Assembly (NCBI GenBank): GCA_965205025.1
Contig: CBDBFU010000012.1
Location: forward strand, 256,001-320,000
DNA: 64,000 nucleotides
From: Candidatus Poribacteria bacterium
Lineage (GTDB): Bacteria > Poribacteria > WGA-4E > WGA-3G
Direction: 5' to 3'
The position numbers were made by a program, and so were the translations under genes. The notes under the pieces are model-generated. The model worked only from the letters and a program-made list of their open reading frames with translations. It was not told the origin of the DNA and made no database searches. Below, piece by piece: positions 1 to 9,477 of the stretch (positions are counted from its first letter, which is position 1; each line of letters opens with the position of its first letter).

Positions 1-13
1 TTAGGAGGACACA

Positions 14-1327
14 ATGCCTAATAGAGACAGTTTAAACACAGACTGTGAAGGATTTTATCGCAGAGATCTAATTAAAGCGGGTGTACTTGGCTTTTTTGGT
101 TTTGGTCTCACCGACTTCTTTCGGCTGAAAGCATTCGCAGAACCCACTGCAAAACCCGGCACCGCAAAATCAGTTATTCTGGTATGGTTAGGGGGTGGTC
201 CCAGCCATCTTGATATGTGGGATCTCAAACCCAATGCACCAGAAGAGATTCGTGGACTTTTCAAACCTATCAATACCAATGTCAATGGGATACAGATCAG
301 CGAACATATGCCGAAACTGGCACAACAAACAGACAAACTATGTATCGTTAGGTCTATGACCTCACCCGAAGCAGCACATGAACGTGGAACGCACTACATG
401 ATTACTGGATATCAACCTCTACCAGGTTTTGCTGTTCCCGGACACGGAGCTGTTGTTTCCAAACTTAAAGAACAACGTAGTGCTTTACCCCCATATATCG
501 CTATTCCTTCACCTGTTGCTTATGGTGATGGAGGATTCTTAGGCGCATCACTTGCTCCATTTTCTCCTAACGGCAATCCCGCAAGCAAAAACTTCAAAGT
601 ACGGGATTTAGAACCACCAAAAGGTGTTTCCTACGAAAGAGTTGAAGGACGGCGTAACCTACGAGATGCAGTTGATACGGCATTCAAGAAATATGAAGCA
701 GGAAACCCACGCGTTGAAGCAATGGATAATTTCTATACTGCTGCTTACAACCTAATGAGTTCTGAAGATGCACGGGCTGCATTCGACCTTAATAACGAAC
801 CTAAGCAGATCCGGGACGCATATCTACGAAATACTTTTGGACAAAGTTGCCTACTGGCTCGTAGACTTGTTGAAGCTGGCGTAAACTTTGTCACTGTAAG
901 CAATGGTGGTTGGGATAACCATAACAATATCTTTTCTTCACTACCCGGCAAACTCAATAACTTTGATACCACAATGGCAACACTCATAAATGATCTCACA
1001 CAACGTGGACTACTTGATAGTACACTGGTGATTGCTATGGGTGAGTTCGGTAGAACTCCTGTAATCAACCGTAACGGTGGAAGGGATCATCATTCTCGAG
1101 TATTCTCAATAATGCTTGCTGGTGGTGGTGTAAAAGGTGGACAAGTTGTTGGGGCTTCCGATCCATTTGGAATGGAACCCGCAGAGACACCTGTACGACC
1201 CGAAGATCTTTCTGCTACTATCTATAAGAGTCTCGGTATCGATTACAATCAAAGTATTGAATCCCCTGATGGTGTCCGCATTGTACTTTCTCGCGGTGGA
1301 CGGCCTATCCGAGGTGTCTTAGCATAA
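14..1327 (+). CDS. DUF1501 domain protein (Tat-type signal)
   Basis: 437 aa; RRDLIKAG twin-Arg-like motif; 'WLGGGPSHLDMWDLKP', 'FGQSCLLARRLVEAGV', 'GWDNH' and 'MGEFGRTP..N..GGRDH' motifs typical of DUF1501; AGGAGG RBS upstream. Confidence 0.92.
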   Translation: MPNRDSLNTDCEGFYRRDLIKAGVLGFFGFGLTDFFRLKAFAEPTAKPGTAKSVILVWLGGGPSHLDMWDLKPNAPEEIRGLFKPINTNVNGIQISEHMPKLAQQTDKLCIVRSMTSPEAAHERGTHYMITGYQPLPGFAVPGHGAVVSKLKEQRSALPPYIAIPSPVAYGDGGFLGASLAPFSPNGNPASKNFKVRDLEPPKGVSYERVEGRRNLRDAVDTAFKKYEAGNPRVEAMDNFYTAAYNLMSSEDARAAFDLNNEPKQIRDAYLRNTFGQSCLLARRLVEAGVNFVTVSNGGWDNHNNIFSSLPGKLNNFDTTMATLINDLTQRGLLDSTLVIAMGEFGRTPVINRNGGRDHHSRVFSIMLAGGGVKGGQVVGASDPFGMEPAETPVRPEDLSATIYKSLGIDYNQSIESPDGVRIVLSRGGRPIRGVLA

Positions 1328-1357
1328 GCAGAATGGGTATCACTATTTTGCATTAAT

Positions 1358-1395
1358 GTAGTGCTGGGGTTTACAATTGTTGACACCAGCACTAC
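1358..1395. terminator. Stem-loop downstream of DUF1501 gene (possible terminator or REP-like hairpin)
   Basis: gtagtgctgg...ccagcactac 10-bp inverted repeat. Confidence 0.45.
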
Positions 1396-1548
1396 ACACT
1401 GCTAACTGAGGTTGAGGCTTGATAGTTCTCTGGAATTCTGATGATGGTTAGCCTGAATTAGCAGATCATTATATTCCGGCTGTTATACCTTCCTACATAT
1501 TAATCTTTTCCTCCATATCAAACCTTCCTCATTGCATGGATTTATACC

Positions 1549-2592
1549 ATGAAAAACAACTGCTTTTATTTTATCTCTTTCTTTTCATCAATTTTTCTGT
1601 GTGTTCTGTTTGGAAATATAACCCAAGCAGATGAGCATTTGCAGGAACAGAGAGAAAAATTATCCCCAATCTGGTCAGTACAATTTAGTCCTGATGGACG
1701 TACACTGGCTGTTGGTAAATATCAGTGGGTCGAACTCTGGGATATTGAGACACAGAAAATGATACACGCCTATGAACCTCATGCCGGACGGGTCCGGTGT
1801 ATTAAGTTTTCTGAAGATGGAAAAACACTCTTCGCTGGTGGTGGTTCAGCTGCACAGAGTGGAGAAATTAAACTCTGGGATGTTCCAACTGAAGAACTCA
1901 TTAAGACCATTGAGATACATGCAGACACCATTGAATCTATTGCTATCAGTCCAGATAACGCAAAATTGCTGACAGCAAGTATGGATGAGTTTAGCGCAGT
2001 AATTGACCTATCGCTGCATGATGAAAACCTTTCTATTGCTGATCAGGCAAAATGGCTCACTCAGCATGTCGGGAGAGTTTTGAGTACGCTTTACCATCCA
2101 AGCGGAAGTTTCTTCGTCACTGGGAGTGAAGACAAGACTTTAAAAGTATGGGATGCAAAGGATTATTCAGTTCTGGTCAGTTTTGATGGAAACGATGATT
2201 CTGTTTATTCACTCGCCTATGCTGATCGAGAAAACCTGATTGTTTCAGGTTCAGCTGATACCACTGTCAGATCTTGGAGAATCACACAAACAAACAACGG
2301 TGAGACCCGGGGAGACCCAGTTCGACAATTCAACCAACATGAAGGTCCAGTCTATAGTGTTGATTGTGGTATTTCGAATGGAATAGAGATAATCGCATCA
2401 GGAAGTGCTGATACATCTGTCATTATTTGGAACATTCGCAACGGGAACAGACGCCGTACCTTTAACGATGCAACAGATGAAGTCTATACTGTACATATCA
2501 GTCCAGATGGTAATCATGTTGCTTCCGGAAGTCGGGACGGGAAGGTTCGGATTTGGAATATCAGTAATAATTCTTTATCACATGAATTCTAA
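1549..2592 (+). CDS. Secreted WD40-repeat protein
   Basis: Signal-peptide-like N-terminus; repeated 'H.G.V..v.fSpDG..laSGS.D.tvkiW' units. Confidence 0.92.
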   Translation: MKNNCFYFISFFSSIFLCVLFGNITQADEHLQEQREKLSPIWSVQFSPDGRTLAVGKYQWVELWDIETQKMIHAYEPHAGRVRCIKFSEDGKTLFAGGGSAAQSGEIKLWDVPTEELIKTIEIHADTIESIAISPDNAKLLTASMDEFSAVIDLSLHDENLSIADQAKWLTQHVGRVLSTLYHPSGSFFVTGSEDKTLKVWDAKDYSVLVSFDGNDDSVYSLAYADRENLIVSGSADTTVRSWRITQTNNGETRGDPVRQFNQHEGPVYSVDCGISNGIEIIASGSADTSVIIWNIRNGNRRRTFNDATDEVYTVHISPDGNHVASGSRDGKVRIWNISNNSLSHEF

Positions 2593-2657
2593 CATAACCC
2601 AAGTTGCTACAAATGCATTTTGATCGTTTCAACACAGTTTTCAGCACACTTTACTTA

Positions 2658-2786
2658 CCCCAGATGAAGTTAAAAAAATAAAATAGGTAATTTGGACCCA
2701 GAGCTGGTAGGTGCGGTTTCCTAACCGTACCGGATTCTACAAGAAACTGAAAATTACCCGAATAAATTCTTTAACTTCATGAGGGG
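2658..2786. repeat. Nested inverted-repeat element (MITE-like) enclosing a GTAG-type REP hairpin
   Basis: Outer IR ccccagatgaagttaaa / tttaacttcatgagggg (15/17); inner IR ggtaattt / aaattacc; central gtaggtgcggtt..aaccgtacc hairpin. Confidence 0.65.
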
Positions 2787-2821
2787 TGATATGTCCATAG
2801 AAAAATGTATATCACCGTCCT

Positions 2822-2840
2822 GCACTCCAGCGGAGTGCTA
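2822..2840. repeat. REP-like palindrome (gcactcc-agc-ggagtgc family)
   Basis: gcactccagcggagtgcta; related copies at about 41737-41757 and 41786-41805. Confidence 0.6.
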
Positions 2841-2924
2841 TGTAAGTAAATATATGGCAACATAGGTTAACATTTTATCAAAGGAACATATTCAGATCTG
2901 ACACATAATTGGAGGTGGAATACC

Positions 2925-5921
2925 ATGCGTGTAAATAAGAAATCTACCATTTTAAATAGACATATACGCAATACGGGTTCAATCAAATTCGTCATACTCT
3001 TTCTATGCCTCATACTGCTGTATTCAATTGGTACACCCTATTGTGTAAATGCCCAAACCACACCACGATTGAATTCGTTATTTCCTGCGGGTGCACAGGT
3101 AGGAAAATCAGTTGAGGTAAAAATTGAAAGTTCAGATTTAGAAGGCGCGCATACACTTATCGTTGAAGGTGAACCCGGGATTAAAGGGGTACTCAACCCA
3201 GGCGGGGGAGAAGTTGATGAAACTCACAAACCTGTATTTGAAGCCAATTGTGGACAGTGCCACGAACTACGTTCACCAAGTAACCGATCAATGACTGCTA
3301 CACAATGGCAAAATGTGGTTAAACGAATGGTTACTGAAAAAGGTGCAGATATTAATGAAGACGATCAGTCAAAGATAATCCACTATCTAAAATCCGCTGC
3401 AAAAGCAACCGGGGGTATGACGGTTGAGTTCGATATCGCACCGGATGCACAAATCGGTGTACGTGAAATACGTATTGTTGGTAGGAACGGAACTTCAACC
3501 GCATGGCCATTTGAAGTCAGTGATGTCGCTGATATAGTTGAAACTGAATCTAACGATAATTCAGAATCCGCTACATCCATAGAATTACCTATTATTATCA
3601 ATGGAGTCATCAATCCGGGTGGGGATGAGGATTACTACGCATTTCAAGGAACAGAAGGGGATCGTTGTGTCTTCAATGTGAAAGCATACCGCTATAATAA
3701 CATTAGTCAACAATACTTCAATCCCACAATATCACTATATGATATCAATGGTAAAGAACTCGCACGTAGCAACGGCTTTTTTAGCCTTGATCCACTCATA
3801 GATTTCACATTACCGGAAGATGGAGTCTATTTTCTACGTATTCGTGACCTACTTTACCGTGGAAATCCTAATTCTGTATACAGATTAACAAGTGGTGTTG
3901 TTCCTTACAATACCTATATATATCCAACAGGGGGTGAAATCGGGACTGTAACACAAACCACAATCGGTGGTGAGAATTTACCTGAAACCAAATGGGATGT
4001 CGATTTACCAAGCGACCATCCACCAGGGATAAAACTTGTCCGGACACCCTTCGGGATCTTTCCATTCATAGCAAATGAATATACAGAAGATATAGAACTA
4101 ATTTCAGAAAACACAAGCAATACTGAAGACACGGATACAGCAGATAGTAATGAAGGACAGGTACGTAACGCTGAATCTGAAATACTATTCCAAACTAAAT
4201 GTACCGTTTGTCATGAACTTCGATCTCCAAACAACAGAGCACTGACTGCCGAACAGTGGGAAAATACTATCATCCGTATGTCAGAGAAAGAAAATGCGGA
4301 TATTACACCTACAGATAGAGATCGTATCATCGCTTTTGTTGCTGAAGAAGTTGAACGAATGGGACAACTCATAGCAAAACAAATTGAAGTATCACAACAT
4401 ATTGAAACACCTGGTGCAATCAGTGGACGTATCTCAATACCTGGAGAGACAGACTACTACAAGTTCACAATTGCTGAAGGTTCACGCCTCGGCCCGTGGT
4501 GGGTTATACACCCGTTTGATAATGAAGACGAAAAAGGATTCGATACTGTGTATCCTCCTGAAGTTGAAATTGACTTCAAAAAGGAGTATACCGGTAAAGA
4601 TGGACGAATTATAAAATGGTATCGGACAAATAGAAGAGGAGAAAACGTCTTTTCTAATGTTCCCGAAGATGATGTCACCGGATACGCACTTACCTATTTT
4701 GAATCTGAAAGAGATCAAAAATATCTGTTATCACTCGGTTCAGATGATACCATAAAGATTTGGGTGAATGACCAACTGATCTTTAGCAAGTATGTTCATA
4801 GACCTCTCAGACGCGCGGACGATGTCATTGAATTACCAATATCTAAAGGAAGAAACAAAATCCTATTCAAAATTACAAATGGGTACGGTCCCTGGGGATT
4901 CTTCGCTGATATCGGGGGCTATTCCATAGAATTATTTGCCGAAAACCTCAATTCCCCTCTAAGTCCTTCACTAACCCTTTTGAATCCAGAGGGACGAGTT
5001 ATTAGGAATAACGCTGGTACAGGTGGCAGAAGAAATGCTGTTATAGACTATAGTTTTGCACAGCCCGGAATATACGGATTACGTGTGGAAGATGTAGCTG
5101 GTAATGGTGGCGCAGGTTATGTATACCATTTAGATATACGACCAACTGTGCCCGACTTTGCTATATCAGTTACACCTGATAATCCTAATATAGGACGGGG
5201 TGGCACAGTGCTCATGGATGTTACATTACAACGTCGCGTAGGATTCACCGAACCCATACTATTATCCGTTGAAAACCTGCCACCCGGTATAAAAGCAAGC
5301 CAGAGTGCTATTCTCTCTGAAGGGGGGAACGAACAAGGATTCCTCACACTTACTGCTGAGCCAGATGCAGATTTAGTACATAGTGTCGTTCAAGTGGTTG
5401 GTACAGTTACCACATCAGCTGGGCAGCAGATTCGACGGGCTGCAACACCTGTTGAAGTATATCGTGTACAAAACTCAAATCAAACAGTCAGACGGAAAAA
5501 TGTGGTCGTCAGTGTGACTGAATCAACTCCATTGATTGTAACTGTGGATCCAAATGAAGTAATTGTGACACCAGACGGACCAGTTGAGATTACTGTCAAG
5601 GTAAACCGAAAAAAAGGTAATCGACAGAATATGAACCTAACTGTTGTCGGTTTGCCTTTTGGTGTTGAACTTCAAAGACAGACAACTGTGCTTCGATCAG
5701 GAAAATCTGAGGCAACAATCACACTCGTTCCAGATATAGTTGCCACTGGAGATAATGAATTAAGACGAAATCCATTCATTGGAAACAACCAGACCAGACC
5801 ACATACATTTGTTGTGAACGCGTCTGTTGGGAACCGTCGAGTCGCAAGCAGTCCTGCTGTTGATCTCTGGATTGGAAACCCACCAACTTCTGATGAGCAG
5901 ACAAATATTGGTGGTAATTAA
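2925..5921 (+). CDS. Exported PPC (pre-peptidase C-terminal)/Ig-domain protein with two inserted monoheme cytochrome c domains and a jelly-roll insert
   Basis: 'FPAGAQVG', 'E.E.ND..E.A..I.LP..ING.I..GD.DYY.F' and 'PDFA' motifs of DUF1501-cluster PPC proteins; CxxCH motifs CGQCH and CTVCH, each followed by W...v.RM; 'LGSDDTIKIWVN' domain. Confidence 0.8.
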   Translation: MRVNKKSTILNRHIRNTGSIKFVILFLCLILLYSIGTPYCVNAQTTPRLNSLFPAGAQVGKSVEVKIESSDLEGAHTLIVEGEPGIKGVLNPGGGEVDETHKPVFEANCGQCHELRSPSNRSMTATQWQNVVKRMVTEKGADINEDDQSKIIHYLKSAAKATGGMTVEFDIAPDAQIGVREIRIVGRNGTSTAWPFEVSDVADIVETESNDNSESATSIELPIIINGVINPGGDEDYYAFQGTEGDRCVFNVKAYRYNNISQQYFNPTISLYDINGKELARSNGFFSLDPLIDFTLPEDGVYFLRIRDLLYRGNPNSVYRLTSGVVPYNTYIYPTGGEIGTVTQTTIGGENLPETKWDVDLPSDHPPGIKLVRTPFGIFPFIANEYTEDIELISENTSNTEDTDTADSNEGQVRNAESEILFQTKCTVCHELRSPNNRALTAEQWENTIIRMSEKENADITPTDRDRIIAFVAEEVERMGQLIAKQIEVSQHIETPGAISGRISIPGETDYYKFTIAEGSRLGPWWVIHPFDNEDEKGFDTVYPPEVEIDFKKEYTGKDGRIIKWYRTNRRGENVFSNVPEDDVTGYALTYFESERDQKYLLSLGSDDTIKIWVNDQLIFSKYVHRPLRRADDVIELPISKGRNKILFKITNGYGPWGFFADIGGYSIELFAENLNSPLSPSLTLLNPEGRVIRNNAGTGGRRNAVIDYSFAQPGIYGLRVEDVAGNGGAGYVYHLDIRPTVPDFAISVTPDNPNIGRGGTVLMDVTLQRRVGFTEPILLSVENLPPGIKASQSAILSEGGNEQGFLTLTAEPDADLVHSVVQVVGTVTTSAGQQIRRAATPVEVYRVQNSNQTVRRKNVVVSVTESTPLIVTVDPNEVIVTPDGPVEITVKVNRKKGNRQNMNLTVVGLPFGVELQRQTTVLRSGKSEATITLVPDIVATGDNELRRNPFIGNNQTRPHTFVVNASVGNRRVASSPAVDLWIGNPPTSDEQTNIGGN

Positions 5922-5990
5922 GCTCCATATAAATGAAAATTGCTCAAACATTCTAAGTACAAGTCAAAACTCATTATAGTATCAATTTTG

Positions 5991-6049
5991 TAAGACGAGG
6001 TATCAAGAATGCCGCGAGGGCATTCATTATAATTTGATACCTCGTCTTA
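5991..6049. terminator. Long stem-loop between PPC gene and tricorn protease gene
   Basis: taagacgaggtatcaa ... ttgatacctcgtctta 16-bp perfect inverted repeat followed by T-rich tract. Confidence 0.6.
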
Positions 6050-6100
6050 TCTTTTATTTTCTATACTCAAATATAATATTACGACATTACGGAGGTGTAA

Positions 6101-9100
6101 ATGTCAGGATACTATCGATTCCCTACCATTTCAAAGGATACTATTGTTTTTGTGTGTGAAGACGATTTATGGACAGTTTCTGTAACAGGCGGTGTTGCAC
6201 GGAGACTTACATCAAATTTAGGGGCAACTGGATCTCCCCAATTATCACCAAATGGAGAAATCCTTGCTTTTGCTGGACGTGAAGAAGGTCCAACTGAAGT
6301 GTATGTAATGCCTGCTCTTGGCGGTGAAGCAAAGAGATTAACATACCAAGGAAGTCAAGCAAGTATTGTCGGTTGGAGTTCTGATGGGGAGAATATCCTG
6401 TATTCAAGCGGGGCAAATTCTGCCTTTGGTGCTTGGATATGGAGTCTATCTCCGGAAGGTGGAGAACCACAACGACTACCTTACGGACCTGCTAATCATG
6501 TGTCCTATGGGAGTAATGGTGGTGTAATACTGGGTCGATTAACACGTGAACCGGCAAGATGGAAACGTTATCGCGGAGGAACTGCAGGACAACTATGGAT
6601 AGATGTAGATGGAGACGGAGAATTTCAACCATTCAAGCCAGTTGAGAGTAATTTCACAACACCGATGTGGATTGGGGATCGCATATACTTCATTTCCGAT
6701 CACCAAGGTGTTGGAAATATCTATTCATGCGACACCTCCGGTGAAGATTTGCAACGGCATACTCATCAAGAAACATACTACTGTAGATCAGCACAAACTG
6801 ATGGTACAAGAATTGTCTACCATGCAGGTGGGGACCTATGGATACACGAAATAGAAGAAAATAATAATTATCAAGTCGATGTTGATTTTCGAAGTCCACG
6901 CATACAAAGACAACGCAAATTTGTCAATCCTACCAAATATCTTCAAGAATATTCACCATCTGCTGATGGGAAATTAATATCATTAACTGCTCGGGGCAAG
7001 TTATTCACAATGGGAAATTGGGATGGAGCTGTTCTACAACATGGGGATAGGAATGGCACACGCTACCGTAAAACAGAATGGCTAAATGATGGCAAACGCA
7101 TTGTAACTCTTTCAGATGCTGGTGGCGAAGAAGCACTTGAAATTCATACATGCAATGGTAGTGAAGAGATACGCCGCTTAGATAACCTTGATATTGGACA
7201 TGTTCGTCATTTGGCAGTTTGTCCTAAAGGTGATGACCTGAAAGATCAACTCTTAATTGTCAATCATAGGTTAGAACTTCTCCTCATAGAATTGGATGAA
7301 CCAACGCTTCGAGTGCTTGATAAAAGCTTACACAGACGGATTTCAGGTGCAACTTGGTCACCAGATGGTAAATGGATAGCATATAGTTTTCCTGCAACAG
7401 AGACTACCTCATCCATTAAGGTATGCAATGTTGAAACGGGGGATATATCATTCATTACACAACCAGAATTCAGCGATTATGCCCCGGCATGGGATCCAGA
7501 TGGTAAATTCCTTTATTTTTTATCACAGCGCGAATTTGATCCGGTGGGGGATTCACTACACTTTGATCTCGGTTTCCCTGTTTCCACACGTCCCCTCTTG
7601 GTAACACTGCAGAAGGATACACCAAATCCATTTATCCCCACTGCTCCTTCATCCGATGAAGAAAAGGATAAGGAGAAAGAAGAAAACGAGGATAAGGATA
7701 AGGACGAGAATAATAATACAGATGAGACTAATGGAAAAGATGAGGATTCTAAAGAGAAAGAAGAAAAGAAGAAGAGAAAACCCATTGTCATAGATTTAGA
7801 CGGTATTCAACAACGGGTTGTTGCGTTTCCATATACACACGCAAATTATGGGCAAATTGCTGGGATTGAAGGCAAGGCTATTTTTACATCCTTTCCTGTT
7901 CAACATGCGGTTAATTCTCCTGGTGAAGAAGACGGTTCTGGTGGTAAAGGGAAATTGCATGCTTACGATTTTAAAGAACAGAAAAAGGAAGTATTAGTTG
8001 GGGATATCGGTAATTTTCAACTAACAAGAGATTACAAATCCTTGGTATACCGAACAGGAGATCGAATACGGGTCATTAAAGCCGGTAGAAAAGCGGAAGA
8101 TGACCGAAAAGGGGAAAAGAAAGGCAGTAATCCGAGACACAACGGTTGGATCAATATAAGCCGTATCAGACCTTCTGTAATTCCATCTGCTGAGTGGGCA
8201 CAAATGTACAGGGAAGCGTGGAGACTGCAACGCGATTATTTCTGGACTGAAGATTTGTCCGACGTTGATTGGGAAGATGTTTACAAACGCTATCTACCTC
8301 AACTTGAAAAAGTTGCTACTCGGGCAGAATTCTCTGATCTTATGTGGGAAATGCAGGGAGAACTCGGAACATCTCATGCCTATGAATCAGGTGGAGACTA
8401 CCGGAGTTCACCAAACTACGCACAAGGATTTCTTGGGGCGGATTACAGTTACGATTCTGAAAATGAGGGGTATCGTATAACCCATATTGTTCAGGGTGAT
8501 ACATGGAATGAACGTAGAGATTCTCCACTAAGAGCACCAGGAATTAACATCCAAGAAGGTGATGTTCTCCTATCTATCGGTGGACAAAAACTAAGTGAAA
8601 ATGTCTCTCCGGGTGAGTTATTGGTTAATCTTGCTGGACAAGAGGTACAGACAACGTTCAAGAATGCTTCGGATGGTGAAAAACGGGTTGTCACCATGAA
8701 AATCCTCGGTAGTGAATCTGAATTACGATACCGTGAATGGGTGTCACAGAATAGAAAATATGTACACGAAAAAACTGATGGAAAGATCGGGTATGTTCAC
8801 ATTCCAGATATGGGAAGACGTGGTTATGCAGAATTCCATCGAGGATACTTATGTGAAGTCAGTTATCCCGGACTACTCGTGGATGTTCGATATAATGGTG
8901 GTGGAAACGTCTCCCAGCTGATATTGGAGAAATTGTCTCGTCGACGTATTGCGTATGTACAACCACGATGGGGTACACCAAATTCATATCCGGCTTCATC
9001 GGTTTTGGGACCTATGGCAGTTGTCACAAATGAAAATGCTGGTTCTGATGGAGACATCTTCTCACACTGCTTCAAGTTAATGGACTTAGGAAAACTTATC

Positions 9101-9406
9101 GGAAAACGTACATGGGGCGGTGTAATTGGTATATCTCCACATCAAGGCTTCGTTGATGGAGGATCAACAACCCAACCCGAATACTCATTCTGGTTTGTTG
9201 ATGTTGGATGGAACGTAGAAAACTATGGAACCGATCCTGACATAGAAGTAGACTATCGACCACAAGACTATACCACAGACAGCGATCCACAACTCGATTG
9301 TGCAATTGAACTCCTGCTACAGGAAATGGAAGAGAATCCACCACAACTCCCAGATTTCGGTGACCGTCCACGTCTTACACTTCCAACTTTACCCAAAGCA
9401 GAATAG
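6101..9406 (+). CDS. Tricorn protease (S41 family; beta-propellers, PDZ, peptidase domain)
   Basis: 'GYYRFPTI..DTIVFVCEDDLW', 'WKRYRGGTAG', 'GYVHIPDMG', catalytic 'AGSDGDIF' and 'GKRTWGGVIGI' motifs; acidic/Lys low-complexity loop. Confidence 0.95.
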   Translation: MSGYYRFPTISKDTIVFVCEDDLWTVSVTGGVARRLTSNLGATGSPQLSPNGEILAFAGREEGPTEVYVMPALGGEAKRLTYQGSQASIVGWSSDGENILYSSGANSAFGAWIWSLSPEGGEPQRLPYGPANHVSYGSNGGVILGRLTREPARWKRYRGGTAGQLWIDVDGDGEFQPFKPVESNFTTPMWIGDRIYFISDHQGVGNIYSCDTSGEDLQRHTHQETYYCRSAQTDGTRIVYHAGGDLWIHEIEENNNYQVDVDFRSPRIQRQRKFVNPTKYLQEYSPSADGKLISLTARGKLFTMGNWDGAVLQHGDRNGTRYRKTEWLNDGKRIVTLSDAGGEEALEIHTCNGSEEIRRLDNLDIGHVRHLAVCPKGDDLKDQLLIVNHRLELLLIELDEPTLRVLDKSLHRRISGATWSPDGKWIAYSFPATETTSSIKVCNVETGDISFITQPEFSDYAPAWDPDGKFLYFLSQREFDPVGDSLHFDLGFPVSTRPLLVTLQKDTPNPFIPTAPSSDEEKDKEKEENEDKDKDENNNTDETNGKDEDSKEKEEKKKRKPIVIDLDGIQQRVVAFPYTHANYGQIAGIEGKAIFTSFPVQHAVNSPGEEDGSGGKGKLHAYDFKEQKKEVLVGDIGNFQLTRDYKSLVYRTGDRIRVIKAGRKAEDDRKGEKKGSNPRHNGWINISRIRPSVIPSAEWAQMYREAWRLQRDYFWTEDLSDVDWEDVYKRYLPQLEKVATRAEFSDLMWEMQGELGTSHAYESGGDYRSSPNYAQGFLGADYSYDSENEGYRITHIVQGDTWNERRDSPLRAPGINIQEGDVLLSIGGQKLSENVSPGELLVNLAGQEVQTTFKNASDGEKRVVTMKILGSESELRYREWVSQNRKYVHEKTDGKIGYVHIPDMGRRGYAEFHRGYLCEVSYPGLLVDVRYNGGGNVSQLILEKLSRRRIAYVQPRWGTPNSYPASSVLGPMAVVTNENAGSDGDIFSHCFKLMDLGKLIGKRTWGGVIGISPHQGFVDGGSTTQPEYSFWFVDVGWNVENYGTDPDIEVDYRPQDYTTDSDPQLDCAIELLLQEMEENPPQLPDFGDRPRLTLPTLPKAE

Positions 9407-9477
9407 TAGTTTCCAGTTAGATCTACTTCGTAAGGTATATAACTCAATTATTATCTCAAGGTTTAACCAGAGAACAG

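Noticed and set aside
7655-7780. Purine-rich low-complexity tract
   Set aside because: Encodes the acidic/Lys loop commonly seen in tricorn proteases; the antisense Ser/Phe ORF is an artefact.
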